64,000 nt of DNA from Nitrospirota bacterium (GTDB taxonomy: Bacteria > Nitrospirota > UBA9217). Below the pieces are notes generated by a model that saw only the letters and a program-made list of their open reading frames with translations, did no database searches and was not told the DNA's origin. The stretch is taken from assembly GCA_963754875.1 (NCBI GenBank), contig CAVWHO010000016.1, positions 256,001 to 320,000 of the forward strand. The letters run 5' to 3'. A program made the position numbers and the translations under genes. How positions within the stretch are numbered: the first letter of the stretch is position 1; every line of letters starts with the position of its first letter. Shown piece by piece: positions 51,608-61,822 of the stretch.

Positions 51608-53215
51608 TTAAAACAATCCCATTTGTTTATCCGGCTCTTTCTTCTTTTTCACCTTATCCGGCACAACAATGTTTTCTTTGATTTCATCGGGAATCTCTCT
51701 GAGAAACGGCGACGGCGACGGCGAAAGCCGCTGGCCGTACAAAAAACGGCTTCGAACATGAAGCAGAAAGAGCTCTTCCTTTGCCCGTGTCATTCCCACG
51801 TAAAAAAGCCGCCGCTCCTCTTCGATGTCCGTATCGCCCTTCGTTATGGTAAAGGGCACGAGGCCGTCCTCAACGCCTGTTATGAACACGACCCTGAATT
51901 CGAGCCCCTTTGCCGTATGCATTGTCGTGAGCGTGACTGCGTTGGCCCGGGGATCGAAAAAATCAGCAGCGGTCAGCAGCTTTGCTTCATTATGCTCGGA
52001 CTTGTTGGATTCTGATTCATCAAGACCAGCCAGGGAATGCAGATAGGCAACGGTCGCCTCCAGTTCCTTTGACTGCAGGCTGCTCTTGCGGCCTATCACC
52101 TGGTAAGGAATTCCCGATGCGCTGAATGCTTCCTCGATGGCCTTTGCCTGGGCATTTGTCCGATAGACCACGCAAAAGTCGGAGAAACAGAACGACGCTG
52201 AGGAGCTGTCCTTCTCCCGATTGGACCGTGACATCTGGTAATGGCTCGTTCCGCCGATCTTCTCCTCGATCTCCTGAACGATGACCTCACCTTCAGTACG
52301 TTCATCCGGCAAAGAAAGCACATTGATCCGGCTTCCCTGCCCCAGAACAGGGATGATGGTTTTATCGATCCTTTTTTTATTATTTTTGATCACGCTGTTC
52401 GAAGCAGAGAGGATGCCGGCAGAGGACCGGTAATTTTTCGTAAGCAAGACTGTTGCGGCGTTGTTGAAATCCGAACTGAAGCTCAAAAAGCTGCTTGCGT
52501 CAGCGCCCCGGAAGCCGTAGATCGCCTGGTCGGAGTCGCCGATCGCACAAGTGCTGTCGCTCTTTTGAGAGAGCAGCCTGATCAGTCGGTACTGCGCAGG
52601 GTTGATGTCCTGGTACTCGTCAACCATGATGTGGGTGAATTTGCTTACGAACGGGGCTGAAGAATTCTGCTGAAGGATGGTTATGGGTGTGCAGATGAGG
52701 TCGTCGAAATCAACAGCATGATTGTTCTTGAGTGCAGTTTCATACTCGTCGAACAGCTCCTTAATTTCTTCATCAAGCTGATCAACGAAGTTCTTGATTC
52801 CAAAAATTTTTTCTACAAGATCCCGGACGCGAGCATTCGTCTTTTTTGAGAGGTTTTTTATCAGCTCGATCTGCTCTTCCCTGCCATACACCGTGAAGTC
52901 GACGGACGAGGCTTCCCTGATGATTTTGAGCCCGAGCAGATGGAGCGTGCCGATGAATATCTTCGATGCAGCGCGTCCGAGGAGCGTTTCAGTGCGCTCC
53001 CGCATCTCCCGAGCCGCGCGGTTGGTAAACGTCACGGCAAGAATGCTTTCCGGTTTTACTCCCTGGTTGATGAGCCACGCAATCCTGCGGACAATGGTCA
53101 GCGTCTTGCCTGCCCCCGGTCCGGCCACGATCAAGAGCGGGCCGTCAGTTGCGGTCACGGCCTTTCTCTGAGATTCATTCAGGCCGTCGAGTATGAGAGA
53201 GGCATCCGGGTTCAT
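51608..53215 (-). CDS. UvrD/PcrA-like SF1 helicase, short form
   Basis: AGPGAGKT, DEYQD, GDSDQAIYGFRGA, HTAKGLEF, EERRLFYVGMTRA; 535 aa. Confidence 0.92.
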   Translation of the reverse strand: MNPDASLILDGLNESQRKAVTATDGPLLIVAGPGAGKTLTIVRRIAWLINQGVKPESILAVTFTNRAAREMRERTETLLGRAASKIFIGTLHLLGLKIIREASSVDFTVYGREEQIELIKNLSKKTNARVRDLVEKIFGIKNFVDQLDEEIKELFDEYETALKNNHAVDFDDLICTPITILQQNSSAPFVSKFTHIMVDEYQDINPAQYRLIRLLSQKSDSTCAIGDSDQAIYGFRGADASSFLSFSSDFNNAATVLLTKNYRSSAGILSASNSVIKNNKKRIDKTIIPVLGQGSRINVLSLPDERTEGEVIVQEIEEKIGGTSHYQMSRSNREKDSSSASFCFSDFCVVYRTNAQAKAIEEAFSASGIPYQVIGRKSSLQSKELEATVAYLHSLAGLDESESNKSEHNEAKLLTAADFFDPRANAVTLTTMHTAKGLEFRVVFITGVEDGLVPFTITKGDTDIEEERRLFYVGMTRAKEELFLLHVRSRFLYGQRLSPSPSPFLREIPDEIKENIVVPDKVKKKKEPDKQMGLF

Positions 53216-53754
53216 CAGCGCTTATGGCCGTCGTCGATCACGATTTCATAAGACGTGAAGCTCTCCCGGGAATAAAGGCCGGGCATGGCATGATCGCCGG
53301 CATTAAATATGAAGTTGACCGCTTTGATGCCGGGATTTTCAGTAAGCGTAAAGGTGACTTCGGCAAGATAGTCCTGCGCCCCGTCTGAGCCCATGTTCTG
53401 CGTCAGATACCGATCGTTCGTGATCTCGACATTCGCTGTCTGCTGTTCGATCTTCTGCAGATTGATCTGCGGAAATTCCGTTTTCACCGCGTCCGTTAGT
53501 GGATGGGTCGTTTCAAAACCTTCTACGGACTTATTAAGGGCGCTGACCAATTTGCGTGCGTCATTCTTGATATGATCAATTTTATTTCCACGGACCAGCG
53601 TCTCGACACCGGCAGCCGTATCCAGCTCAGCATGCCAGGTGTAGTTCTTGTTATAGACTACGGTTTCGTTGTTCTTGAGCAAGTTCATGACGATGAAGAT
53701 TGCGCCGATGAACGCCACAGCCAGCATAGCAGCGACAACCATTTTTTTTGCCAT
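53215..53754 (-). CDS. Single-TM hypothetical protein (GerMN-like C-terminus)
   Basis: N-terminal TM; YLAEVTFTLTENPGIKAVNF; stop overlaps helicase start. Confidence 0.65.
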   Translation of the reverse strand: MAKKMVVAAMLAVAFIGAIFIVMNLLKNNETVVYNKNYTWHAELDTAAGVETLVRGNKIDHIKNDARKLVSALNKSVEGFETTHPLTDAVKTEFPQINLQKIEQQTANVEITNDRYLTQNMGSDGAQDYLAEVTFTLTENPGIKAVNFIFNAGDHAMPGLYSRESFTSYEIVIDDGHKR

Positions 53755-53774
53755 ATACCCTTCGTCCTCCCCGA

Positions 53775-55051
53775 TTACAGCAGCTTCAATTGCCCCTTGA
53801 TCTCTTTTCTTTCCACTTCCTCAAAAATCCTGACTTTCCCGAATTCGCCGTCATACCCCGGCGCGATATGGACGTTGCCCGCGCGCATGCGCGAGATCGC
53901 CTCGCGGATGAGCGGCGTGCCTGCGCGCTCGATATCGTCGAGCGGAACGTCCAGGAGAATCTTGAATTCGTTGCCGAGCTGTTCGAGCAAGGGGAAATAC
54001 AGCGCATTCACTTTTTTCGTGTTCACGCCGCACTTCCAGGCCTTCGGCAATGATCTCCGGCAGGGGAATGATGGACGTAAATGACAGGCGCGTTCGGGAG
54101 CCTGAAGCCTTCTTCCCGGTCCGCAAGCTTTTCGACGCGGTGCATCACGCCGACGGTCACCTTCCTGTCGCAGACCGGGCAGAGGTAATCATGATGGATC
54201 GTTTCTTTCGGCGTACAGGCTCACGCCGCAGTCCCGGTGGCCGTCGTAATGATACTTCCCCTCTTCGGGAAAGAACTCGATGGTCCCGAGAAATCCTTTT
54301 CGCGTCTTGATGGCTTCATGATCGCCGGATAGGAGATTTCCGTGTCGAGGATATTCGCTTCGCGCCCGATCTTTGCCGCCGAGTGGGCGTCGGAGTTCGA
54401 GACGAGCGTGATCCGGTCGAGAGCGGAAAGCCGCCAGTTCATGAGCGGGTCGGACGACAGGCCGGTCTCGATGGCGTAAATATGCGGCGTCAGTTCTTCG
54501 TAGCATTCTTCGAGGGAATCGAAACCCGAGGCCGCGCCGAAAACGGAAAAGTGCGGGCGTCCAGGCATGGGCGGGGATGAGCAGAGCCTCGGGCGACGCG
54601 TCGAGGGTGATCCTCAGCAGCTTCTTTGCATCGAGCCCCAGGATCGGTCTGCCGTCGGACTTGAGGTTGCCGATCTTCGAGAGCGCGAGATTCAACCGTG
54701 CAGCAGCTGCGAAGTCCGGCGCGAGGATGACGGAATGGACCTTCCGCGTCTTTCCGTTCTTGCTGTAGATGCAGCTGATCTCGGCGGAGAGGATGAATGA
54801 GACCTCCGCCTTGCAGGAAGCGGGAACATCATCCGGTCTGATATTCCTTTTTGAGTGTGAACAAACCATTGTCCTGCCGGTCAAGCTTCTCGTCAAGCTC
54901 CTTGAGCCAGCCCGGATGGGTGAAGTCCCCGGTGCCGATGACCGGTGATGCCCTTGAGCTGCGCCCATTTCCAGATGCCTTCAGGGCACATGTCTTTGCT
55001 CGTTGCGCGGGAGTAGTGGGAGTGGACGTGGAGGTCGGCAATAAAACGCAT
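53775..55051 (-). CDS. Endonuclease Q family PHP protein (several frameshifts)
   Basis: MRFIADLHVHSHYSRA, GTGDFTHP, DGRPILG, PAHAWTP, ETGLSSDP, NSDAHS, EGKYHYDGHR, PGYDGEFG across frames. Confidence 0.85.
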
Positions 55052-55357
55052 GGGGGATTATAGCATGAAATTTATTTTTTGCCACGCTTATCAAGAACTA
55101 CTAATCCATGGTTTGGCCGATTTAAGGTTAGCGGACTGACGGTGTGTTGAAAGATGACAATTTGCTTGCAATTTGCCATGCGAAACGACATACCCGCATT
55201 ATTATATCGATATTTTAAACGAAATCGATTTTACAAAAAAGGTCATTTCTGCTACACTCACAAATGTTGCGCAATAACATAGTTAGCTACTATTTTTAGG
55301 ATGTCAGGTTGAGTGAAGCACAGCCCACTGGATTTTATCGGATTTCTTTTCAGTTTC

Positions 55358-55389
55358 GTAGGTCGGGTATAACAAAGTGAAACCCGACA
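55358..55389 (+). repeat. GTAG-type REP element
   Basis: GTAGGTCGGGTATAAC...AACCCGACA. Confidence 0.75.
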
Positions 55390-55442
55390 AATGATTCTAT
55401 CCATTCACGTCAACACATAGCAGACCGCAAGTAAGGTTTCAC

Positions 55443-55835
55443 ATGAGTAGAGAAATAAGAACATTTGCAAAAAGTGCCATCATCACAGGTTATGCGCTGA
55501 TTGGATGGCTGTACTGCGCTGCTCTTATCGGGATTGGAAGGCAGTTCATGTCTTTGCACGCAACTCTTATCCTGCACGCGATTGGAGCACCTCTCGGTTT
55601 TTCTCTTGTATCTTTTCTCTATTTCAAGCGCTTTGCCTTTACCAGCCCGCTTCAAACAGCATTCTTATTTCTGGGCATAGTCGTCACAATGGATGTCTTT
55701 GTGGTAGCATTACTCTTAGAAAAAAGCTTCGCAATATTTACAAGTATCATCAGCACGTGGTTGCCCTTCGCTCTCATTTTCAGTGCAACCTATCTGACCG
55801 GGACACTCACAAAATTTACAGAAAAACCTTCTTAA
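55443..55835 (+). CDS. Hypothetical 4-TM protein
   Basis: 130 aa, hydrophobic, AT-rich. Confidence 0.7.
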   Translation: MSREIRTFAKSAIITGYALIGWLYCAALIGIGRQFMSLHATLILHAIGAPLGFSLVSFLYFKRFAFTSPLQTAFLFLGIVVTMDVFVVALLLEKSFAIFTSIISTWLPFALIFSATYLTGTLTKFTEKPS

Positions 55836-55846
55836 GGAGATTAGTC

Positions 55847-56617
55847 ATGAACGTGAAGAGTATGATTTTCGGGTTGTTCATTGTTGTTATGGCTGCAACG
55901 TCTGCACTGGCTATCCCGACGCAGATCACCGTGCGCGTGAAAGCCAAGGATGCCAAGTTTGTGGGGACCAGCATGGGAGGCGTCCTGATCACATTGAGGG
56001 ACGTGCAGACAGGAGAACTCCTGGCCAAGGGCTACACTTCCGGCGGTACGGGCAACACCGTCAAGATCATGAACACACCACTATCGCGAGGCGCCGCTAT
56101 TTCCGATGAGAGCGCCGCCAAATTCACGGCCACCATCGATATCGCTGAACCGACCAATGTCGAAGTGACCGCCTACGGTCCTTCGGCAGGCCTGCAGTCC
56201 GCGAGCAGGGTTTCCGCCACCCAGTGGGTGGTGCCGGGAAAAAATATTATAGAAGGTGACGCCTGGCTGCTGGAGATGCCCGGGTTTATCGTAAACGTCC
56301 TGGCCCCTCCCACACACTCGATGCTTTCAGGTGCGCCGCAGGTCATTACCATTAAGGCCAATATCATGATGATGTGCGGTTGCCCGATCACTCCGGGCGG
56401 CATTTGGGATGCGAATAAAATAGAAGTAAAAGCCCTTTTGAAGAAAAACGGGCAACAGGTCGGCGTCCTGCCCATGCAATATGCCGGCAGTCCCAGCCAG
56501 TTTTTGGGGATCTGGGATATACAGAACGCAGGGACATATGAAGCGACGGTGTATGCCTACGACGCCGCCACTGGCAATACCGGAATAAACAAAGTGACAT
56601 TCATGGTCGGACAGTAG
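55847..56617 (+). CDS. Exported beta-rich protein with MMCGCP motif
   Basis: RBS AAGGAG, signal peptide, AKDAKFVGTSMGG, MMMCGCPITPGGIW. Confidence 0.8.
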   Translation: MNVKSMIFGLFIVVMAATSALAIPTQITVRVKAKDAKFVGTSMGGVLITLRDVQTGELLAKGYTSGGTGNTVKIMNTPLSRGAAISDESAAKFTATIDIAEPTNVEVTAYGPSAGLQSASRVSATQWVVPGKNIIEGDAWLLEMPGFIVNVLAPPTHSMLSGAPQVITIKANIMMMCGCPITPGGIWDANKIEVKALLKKNGQQVGVLPMQYAGSPSQFLGIWDIQNAGTYEATVYAYDAATGNTGINKVTFMVGQ

Positions 56618-56647
56618 CGCTGGCTGATACAAGGAGGGCAACGTTTC

Positions 56648-57082
56648 ATGGCAGAACAACTGGAAGTTGCTGTCGAATTAACGAACCAGAAGGTGCAGTT
56701 TAACGGTATCTCGATGTCCAATCCCGACATGCCGATAACGTTCGACTATAAGCCGCCGATCGGTGACGGACAGGGTTACACGGGCCTCGAACTGCTGCTC
56801 ATGAGTTTTGCCGGCTGCAGCGGCACGTCGGTTGTGTATTTGCTCAGAAAAATGGGGAAGAACATATCCGGGTTTAATGTTCGTGCGAAAGGCGTAAGGC
56901 GCGACCAGCCGCCGTTGACGTTTCAGAAAATATTCCTGGAATTCATCATCCATTCCAAAGACACGGAGGACGCGAACGTTCAAAAGGCAATCGAGATGTC
57001 AGAGGAATCAGTCTGCCCGGTGTGGCAGATGGTGAAGAACAATGTCGAGGTTGAAACGGGATTTAAAGTCATCGCTCACTGA
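56648..57082 (+). CDS. OsmC family protein
   Basis: ELLLMSFAGC...CPV. Confidence 0.88.
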   Translation: MAEQLEVAVELTNQKVQFNGISMSNPDMPITFDYKPPIGDGQGYTGLELLLMSFAGCSGTSVVYLLRKMGKNISGFNVRAKGVRRDQPPLTFQKIFLEFIIHSKDTEDANVQKAIEMSEESVCPVWQMVKNNVEVETGFKVIAH

Positions 57083-57143
57083 AGAGCAAAAGACTGAAGC
57101 CGACTGTCAGGCTCCGGCTCAGCCCCTCTGTCTTCCTGCCGTT

Positions 57144-57174
57144 ACAAAAAAAGGGATGGCCATGCCATCCCTTT
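57144..57174. terminator. Hairpin terminator, copy 1
   Basis: A7-GGGATGGC-CAT-GCCATCCC-TTT. Confidence 0.75.
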
Positions 57175-57248
57175 TCGCGTTTCATCTTGCTTCCGACTCC
57201 TTGTGCCGTTGTTTCCAGCAGCACATGCGACGACGCAGCATGCCGGGG

Positions 57249-57728
57249 TTACATGTGATGATGGTCCATGGGCATGTCCATATTCATGTCGCCCTCAAGC
57301 GTGAGGGGTATTGTCTTTTCTCCCGACTTTTGAAAGACCAGAGTCAGGTTGAATTTGGAGTCTTTTTTCATGGTCTTGGGCAGAGCTTCAATCATGACGT
57401 GGCTGCCCCCCATCTTGAATTCAAGGTTGCTCTTGGACAGCACTTCCACCATGTCTACAGCCACCATGCGCTGTCCTTGCATCACATGGAGTGATACCTT
57501 TGCCCCGGGAATGTCCGTCTTCACCGCCTTGAGAACGTCCGAGCCGCCCTGGTTGACTATGTTCATGGTCACCATTGCCTCGCCTATGATCGCCGGCGAC
57601 AAAACGGCCTTGGCGTCCGTGATCGATATCTGTGGCGGCCCGCTGTGGCATGAAGCGAAGATTGCCATTGAAGAAAACAAGACCAGCGAACCTAACAAGA
57701 ACTTTCCCGGTTTTTTCATTGCTCTCAT
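57249..57728 (-). CDS. Copper chaperone PCu(A)C family lipoprotein
   Basis: Lipobox FASC; H-x6-M-x21-H-x-M; Met/His-rich tail. Confidence 0.85.
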   Translation of the reverse strand: MRAMKKPGKFLLGSLVLFSSMAIFASCHSGPPQISITDAKAVLSPAIIGEAMVTMNIVNQGGSDVLKAVKTDIPGAKVSLHVMQGQRMVAVDMVEVLSKSNLEFKMGGSHVMIEALPKTMKKDSKFNLTLVFQKSGEKTIPLTLEGDMNMDMPMDHHHM

Positions 57729-57827
57729 GATACCCCTCCTTCTGATTTTCTAACTGGATACCTGTTGAGAAATTACTACAAACAGGAGGAAAAGGCAAGC
57801 AGAGTTCGCGGCTTGTCTTTCTCTACG

Positions 57828-57858
57828 ACAAAAAAAGGGATGGCCATGCCATCCCTTT
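57828..57858. terminator. Hairpin terminator, copy 2
   Basis: 31/31 identical to 57144..57174. Confidence 0.75.
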
Positions 57859-57887
57859 CGCATATCACCTTTGCAAGAAGCCCGCCC

Positions 57888-58208
57888 CTACTTACCGTAG
57901 ACATGGACCGTATACTGGTTCCAGATGTGAAGAATGCTGAAGTACTCAAGGTCCGCAAAGTAGAGTTCATTGAGCCCCTTCTTCTTTGCTATGTCTCCGA
58001 TGGACGCATCATCCCATGCCGCACTGAGCGGCGGGTACAGAAGCACTAAATGTTTGATGTCTCCTTCGCCGCTGGTGGACGCGACTTTGGTAGAGTGCAT
58101 ATCGAGCGTCAGCGGCTGCCATGTGTGAGTATAGATAATGCCCACGCTGCATCCCGACGCCAGCAGGGTCACGGCCAGAGCAAGCAGCAGGAACTTGACC
58201 TTTTTCAT
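57888..58208 (-). CDS. TRL-like small lipoprotein
   Basis: Lipobox ASGC; WDDASIGDIAKKKG...TVHVYG. Confidence 0.7.
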   Translation of the reverse strand: MKKVKFLLLALAVTLLASGCSVGIIYTHTWQPLTLDMHSTKVASTSGEGDIKHLVLLYPPLSAAWDDASIGDIAKKKGLNELYFADLEYFSILHIWNQYTVHVYGK

Positions 58209-58220
58209 GGCCCGCCTCCC

Positions 58221-58517
58221 TCAGTCGCCGTACACGATCGTCGTCGTCTCGGTATATATACCGAAGAGCACGTTCAGGAACTCCCGGTCCATGTGGTTCA
58301 CGACTCCGAGCCCTCCATCCTTGGCCGCCGCTGCAGTGCTTGCATCACCCCAGGCAACAAGCCAGAGGACGGAATGCATCGCAGCTGTCCCCTTTTTCTG
58401 GCCGAGGACCGTTTTGTCGAGGTTCGTATCATAGGGCGTCAGCACATGAGTGTAGACACAACCGGTCACGAGAAACATCGCAAGAATTGCCGCCATAAAA
58501 AGTTTAACTATTTTCAT
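58221..58517 (-). CDS. TRL-like small lipoprotein
   Basis: Lipobox VTGC; AWGDASTAAAAKDGG...TIVYGD. Confidence 0.8.
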   Translation of the reverse strand: MKIVKLFMAAILAMFLVTGCVYTHVLTPYDTNLDKTVLGQKKGTAAMHSVLWLVAWGDASTAAAAKDGGLGVVNHMDREFLNVLFGIYTETTTIVYGD

Positions 58518-58583
58518 AATCTGCCTCCTGTTGGACGATGAAGTGGCTAGCAGAAGTATAGCATATTATTTTATGAAAAAAGA

Positions 58584-59684
58584 TCAGCGGGAATGCGCAA
58601 ACTGCGCGACAATAGAGGACAGGCGCTCCTGAACAACCTCGATGCTTTCAAGCAGCTTGAACTGCACCCGTGCGCGATGAAGGTTGTGGTCGGGATAGGT
58701 GGTCCTGAAGTAGGTGTCGCCCCGGAGATAATCGGCGAGAAAACGTATGCCCAGTTCGAAGGTGATGACCTTTACTGACAGCGGCAGCAGCGCGATCTCC
58801 GTTTTCGTGAGGAACGCTCCGGCCTCGCGAAGATAGCCGCCTGCAACGGCTTCAAAAAGCGTCAGATCGATCCTGACGGCAGCGAGGTCAAGTGCGTCCT
58901 CTCCCTCGGGGTTTGCCGCGGACCGGATGCAGTCTCCGAAATCGAAATGCACGATCCCCGGCTTTACCGTGTCCAAATCGAGCATACACAGGGCCTTGCG
59001 CGTGTCAACGCGGATCATGACATTGTTCACCTTGGGATCATTGTGGACGACCCGAATCGGTATCTCGTTCGACGCGATATGGCCGGTCAGCGCCGGTGCA
59101 AGCGACCTGCGCAGGTCAACGAACTCCTGTTCAGCCACGGTCCCGCCCATCCTGTCTTGCACACCGGTCTTGAGCGTATCGTCGAATTCACTCAGATATT
59201 TCGGCGTATCATGAAAACCCGGGAGCGTATCGTACAGTTTAGCGATCGGCAGATCGGCGACAAGTGCCTGAAACCTTCCGAGCCCGCGGCCGACTTCGTA
59301 GGCATGCTTCACGTCCACGATCGTGTCGAAGACCGTGCCGGACTCGATGAAATGGAACATCCGCCAGTATGCGGCCGAATCGTCGCGAACGTACGGTTTG
59401 CCGTTTTTTGTACGGACAAGCGCGGGCGTAACCAGGGAAGGGTCTGCGATGCCCTCGGCACGCAGCTTTCTGTCAATATGTTCGGTCACAATCTCCACAT
59501 TTTCCATGACCTGATCAGGACGGGTGAAGACCGATGCGTTGATGCGCTGAAGGATGTATTTGCGGGTAGTTCCGTTGTCATTGAACTCGCAGAGGTAGGT
59601 ATCATTGATCAGCCCCGTGCCGAAGCGCCCGACCTTCCGGAAGATTCCAGTGACGGAGAATTGTGAGATGATGGAGTCAAGCAT
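58584..59684 (-). CDS. APH-fold kinase (N-acetylhexosamine kinase-like)
   Basis: GLINDTY, LQRIN, HNDPKVNN, DLDT, DFGD. Confidence 0.88.
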   Translation of the reverse strand: MLDSIISQFSVTGIFRKVGRFGTGLINDTYLCEFNDNGTTRKYILQRINASVFTRPDQVMENVEIVTEHIDRKLRAEGIADPSLVTPALVRTKNGKPYVRDDSAAYWRMFHFIESGTVFDTIVDVKHAYEVGRGLGRFQALVADLPIAKLYDTLPGFHDTPKYLSEFDDTLKTGVQDRMGGTVAEQEFVDLRRSLAPALTGHIASNEIPIRVVHNDPKVNNVMIRVDTRKALCMLDLDTVKPGIVHFDFGDCIRSAANPEGEDALDLAAVRIDLTLFEAVAGGYLREAGAFLTKTEIALLPLSVKVITFELGIRFLADYLRGDTYFRTTYPDHNLHRARVQFKLLESIEVVQERLSSIVAQFAHSR

Positions 59685-59702
59685 ATATTCTGAAAGGCTT
59701 GT

Positions 59703-59727
59703 CCTTCGACAAGCTCAGGATGAACGG
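59703..59727 (+). repeat. Single REP-like half element
   Basis: CCTTCGACAAGCTCAGGATGAACGG resembles a widespread intergenic palindromic repeat; only one copy here. Confidence 0.45.
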
Positions 59728-59758
59728 ACATTGCCCCGAAGGAAAGCTAAGGCTATTA

Positions 59759-60391
59759 TCACTTCTTCGCTGTAATCAAAAATACGGGGAATTCCCCCCC
59801 CCTTTTTCCCGGGACATCCTTGATCATCGTCGTTGCCGTCATATCCAGAACATCGTGGAAGCCGGCTTCCTGAAGCATCGCCTTGAGCTTCGATCGGGCG
59901 AAGCCGAGATGAAACACTCCGGTATTATCGCCGTGGAACGAACCGTCCTCACTGTCAAGATCGGCAAAACACAACCAGCCACCCGCGGCAAGAAGGTGGT
60001 TCCACTGGCGGAACAGGGCGCCGGTATCAGGCACATGATGCAGCGTCATGCTGCTCACGATCACGTGAAACACGCCCTCGATTCGATCGCCTTTTTCGAA
60101 ATCGACAAGCCGGGTCTGCACGTTCGTCAGCCCCCCGGCCCTGACCTTGCCCCGAAGAACTTCGAGCATGCCCTCGGAACTGTCAACGCCGGTGATGGTC
60201 TTTACCAGCGGCTGGAGCCTGAGCGTCACCAGCCCGGTGCCGCAGCCGAAATCGAGCGCGTCCATATCAGTCGTAAGCACCATTGTCCTGAGGACCGCGT
60301 CTGCCACGTCGTTCGCGAGTTTCACGCGCCCCGGATTTGCGTCCCACTGCGCGGCTTCCCGGTTAAAATCTTTCCGTTCTTCTGTTTTCAT
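59759..60391 (-). CDS. Class I SAM-dependent methyltransferase
   Basis: LDFGCGTG, SMTLHH. Confidence 0.9.
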   Translation of the reverse strand: MKTEERKDFNREAAQWDANPGRVKLANDVADAVLRTMVLTTDMDALDFGCGTGLVTLRLQPLVKTITGVDSSEGMLEVLRGKVRAGGLTNVQTRLVDFEKGDRIEGVFHVIVSSMTLHHVPDTGALFRQWNHLLAAGGWLCFADLDSEDGSFHGDNTGVFHLGFARSKLKAMLQEAGFHDVLDMTATTMIKDVPGKRGGEFPVFLITAKK

Positions 60392-60596
60392 GATCCACCC
60401 TGCCTCACTTTTTGCTGGATGTCATCGCGGTCTGATGATCGGTATTATAGCACGATGGCGTTTTCCATACAAAAAATTCCCTTTTATTCTGTGCAACGGG
60501 TTGGGCAGTAGTGTTATAATAACATGCTAGAAATCGATGCCCGGGAAGGATTTCAAATCACCGACCGCATTTCGCTTCTGCCATGAGATCCATGCC

Positions 60597-61244
60597 ATGA
60601 TATTTAAGGACCGTACACAGGCTGGTGAAAAGCTCGCGCAGGCACTGAAGGACCTCGCACTCAGTGACCCCATCGTCCTTGCTCTTCCCCGGGGAGGCGT
60701 TCCCGTGGGGAAAGCCGTCGCGCACGTGCTAAACTGCACGCTCGACGTTATCCCGCTCATGAAAATCCCCATCCCCTGGAGTCCTGAGGCGAACTACGGT
60801 GTTGTGGCAATGGATGGGACCATTGCATTGAACTCACCGCTGGTAAACAGGCTGGAGTTGTCGGAACGGGAGCTTGAGGTCGCCACGTGCATGATGTTGC
60901 AGGAAGCTCAGAGGAGAGAACAACTTTACCGCCGGAGAAAACCCTTTCCCCATCTGGAAAACAGGACCGTGATCCTTATCGATGACGGGCTTGCCTCGGG
61001 CTACAGCATGCTGGCCGCCGTCAGCGTTGTGAAGAAACGGCGGCCCCATTCTATCATTGTCGGCGCACCCATAGCATCCGATGTTGCTTTTCGCATGCTT
61101 ACCGCTGACAAGGAAATTGCCGCACTCGTCACCCTCGTGAATGATGCAGAACCGTTCTTTTCACTCTCGGCATATTACCGGGAATTCGGTTCACTTACGG
61201 ACGACGACGTACTCCGTGATCTGGCCTCATCAACACCGTCATAG
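60597..61244 (+). CDS. Phosphoribosyltransferase family protein
   Basis: FKDRTQAG, LPRGGVPV, ILIDDGLASG. Confidence 0.9.
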   Translation: MIFKDRTQAGEKLAQALKDLALSDPIVLALPRGGVPVGKAVAHVLNCTLDVIPLMKIPIPWSPEANYGVVAMDGTIALNSPLVNRLELSERELEVATCMMLQEAQRREQLYRRRKPFPHLENRTVILIDDGLASGYSMLAAVSVVKKRRPHSIIVGAPIASDVAFRMLTADKEIAALVTLVNDAEPFFSLSAYYREFGSLTDDDVLRDLASSTPS

Positions 61245-61373
61245 CCGTGACCGCTGCCAACACCACGTTTTCGTCATACTACCTGTTATCCGCGGGATTT
61301 AGTGAATCTTACAACCGTAATGCTGTATTCTGCCTTGGAATGTCGGCAACAGATGTTGACGGAGAAGGAGTGG

Positions 61374-61718
61374 TCAGCAGGTGATATGGAAAGCGGCAAT
61401 GACGGTGTTCTTCTTGCCCTGTAAGGAATTGTATAATTCGACAGCCTTTGCTGTTCTGGAGACCCGGACTTCAATCCCTGAGGAGGTGATGCGGTCCAAG
61501 GTGCTCTTCGGCACCGTCATCATCCCAAAGTATCCCGTTCCTATGATCAGGATATCGGGCTTCGCGTGCAATACATCAGTGATGTCTTCCGGATACAGAG
61601 TGTGGCCTTCCTTCCTCCACCACGACGAATCCACGCGGTCGAGAAAGATAATGACATCTGAAGTAAATGCTTTCCCTTCAATTTCGATATGCCCGAATGA
61701 GTAAGAACCGATCTTCAT
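61374..61718 (-). CDS. Mth938-like domain protein
   Basis: YSFG, WWRKEGH, IIGTG, AFHITC. Confidence 0.88.
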   Translation of the reverse strand: MKIGSYSFGHIEIEGKAFTSDVIIFLDRVDSSWWRKEGHTLYPEDITDVLHAKPDILIIGTGYFGMMTVPKSTLDRITSSGIEVRVSRTAKAVELYNSLQGKKNTVIAAFHITC

Positions 61719-61822
61719 GATGCTTCTCCGGGTGAAATCCAGATCCACTCCGATAGGCTTCTCTGCTCAGCCCCGGCTCCCGTTTATCCGATAGATAGCG
61801 CCGTGGTAGTGAAGTCGTCCTG

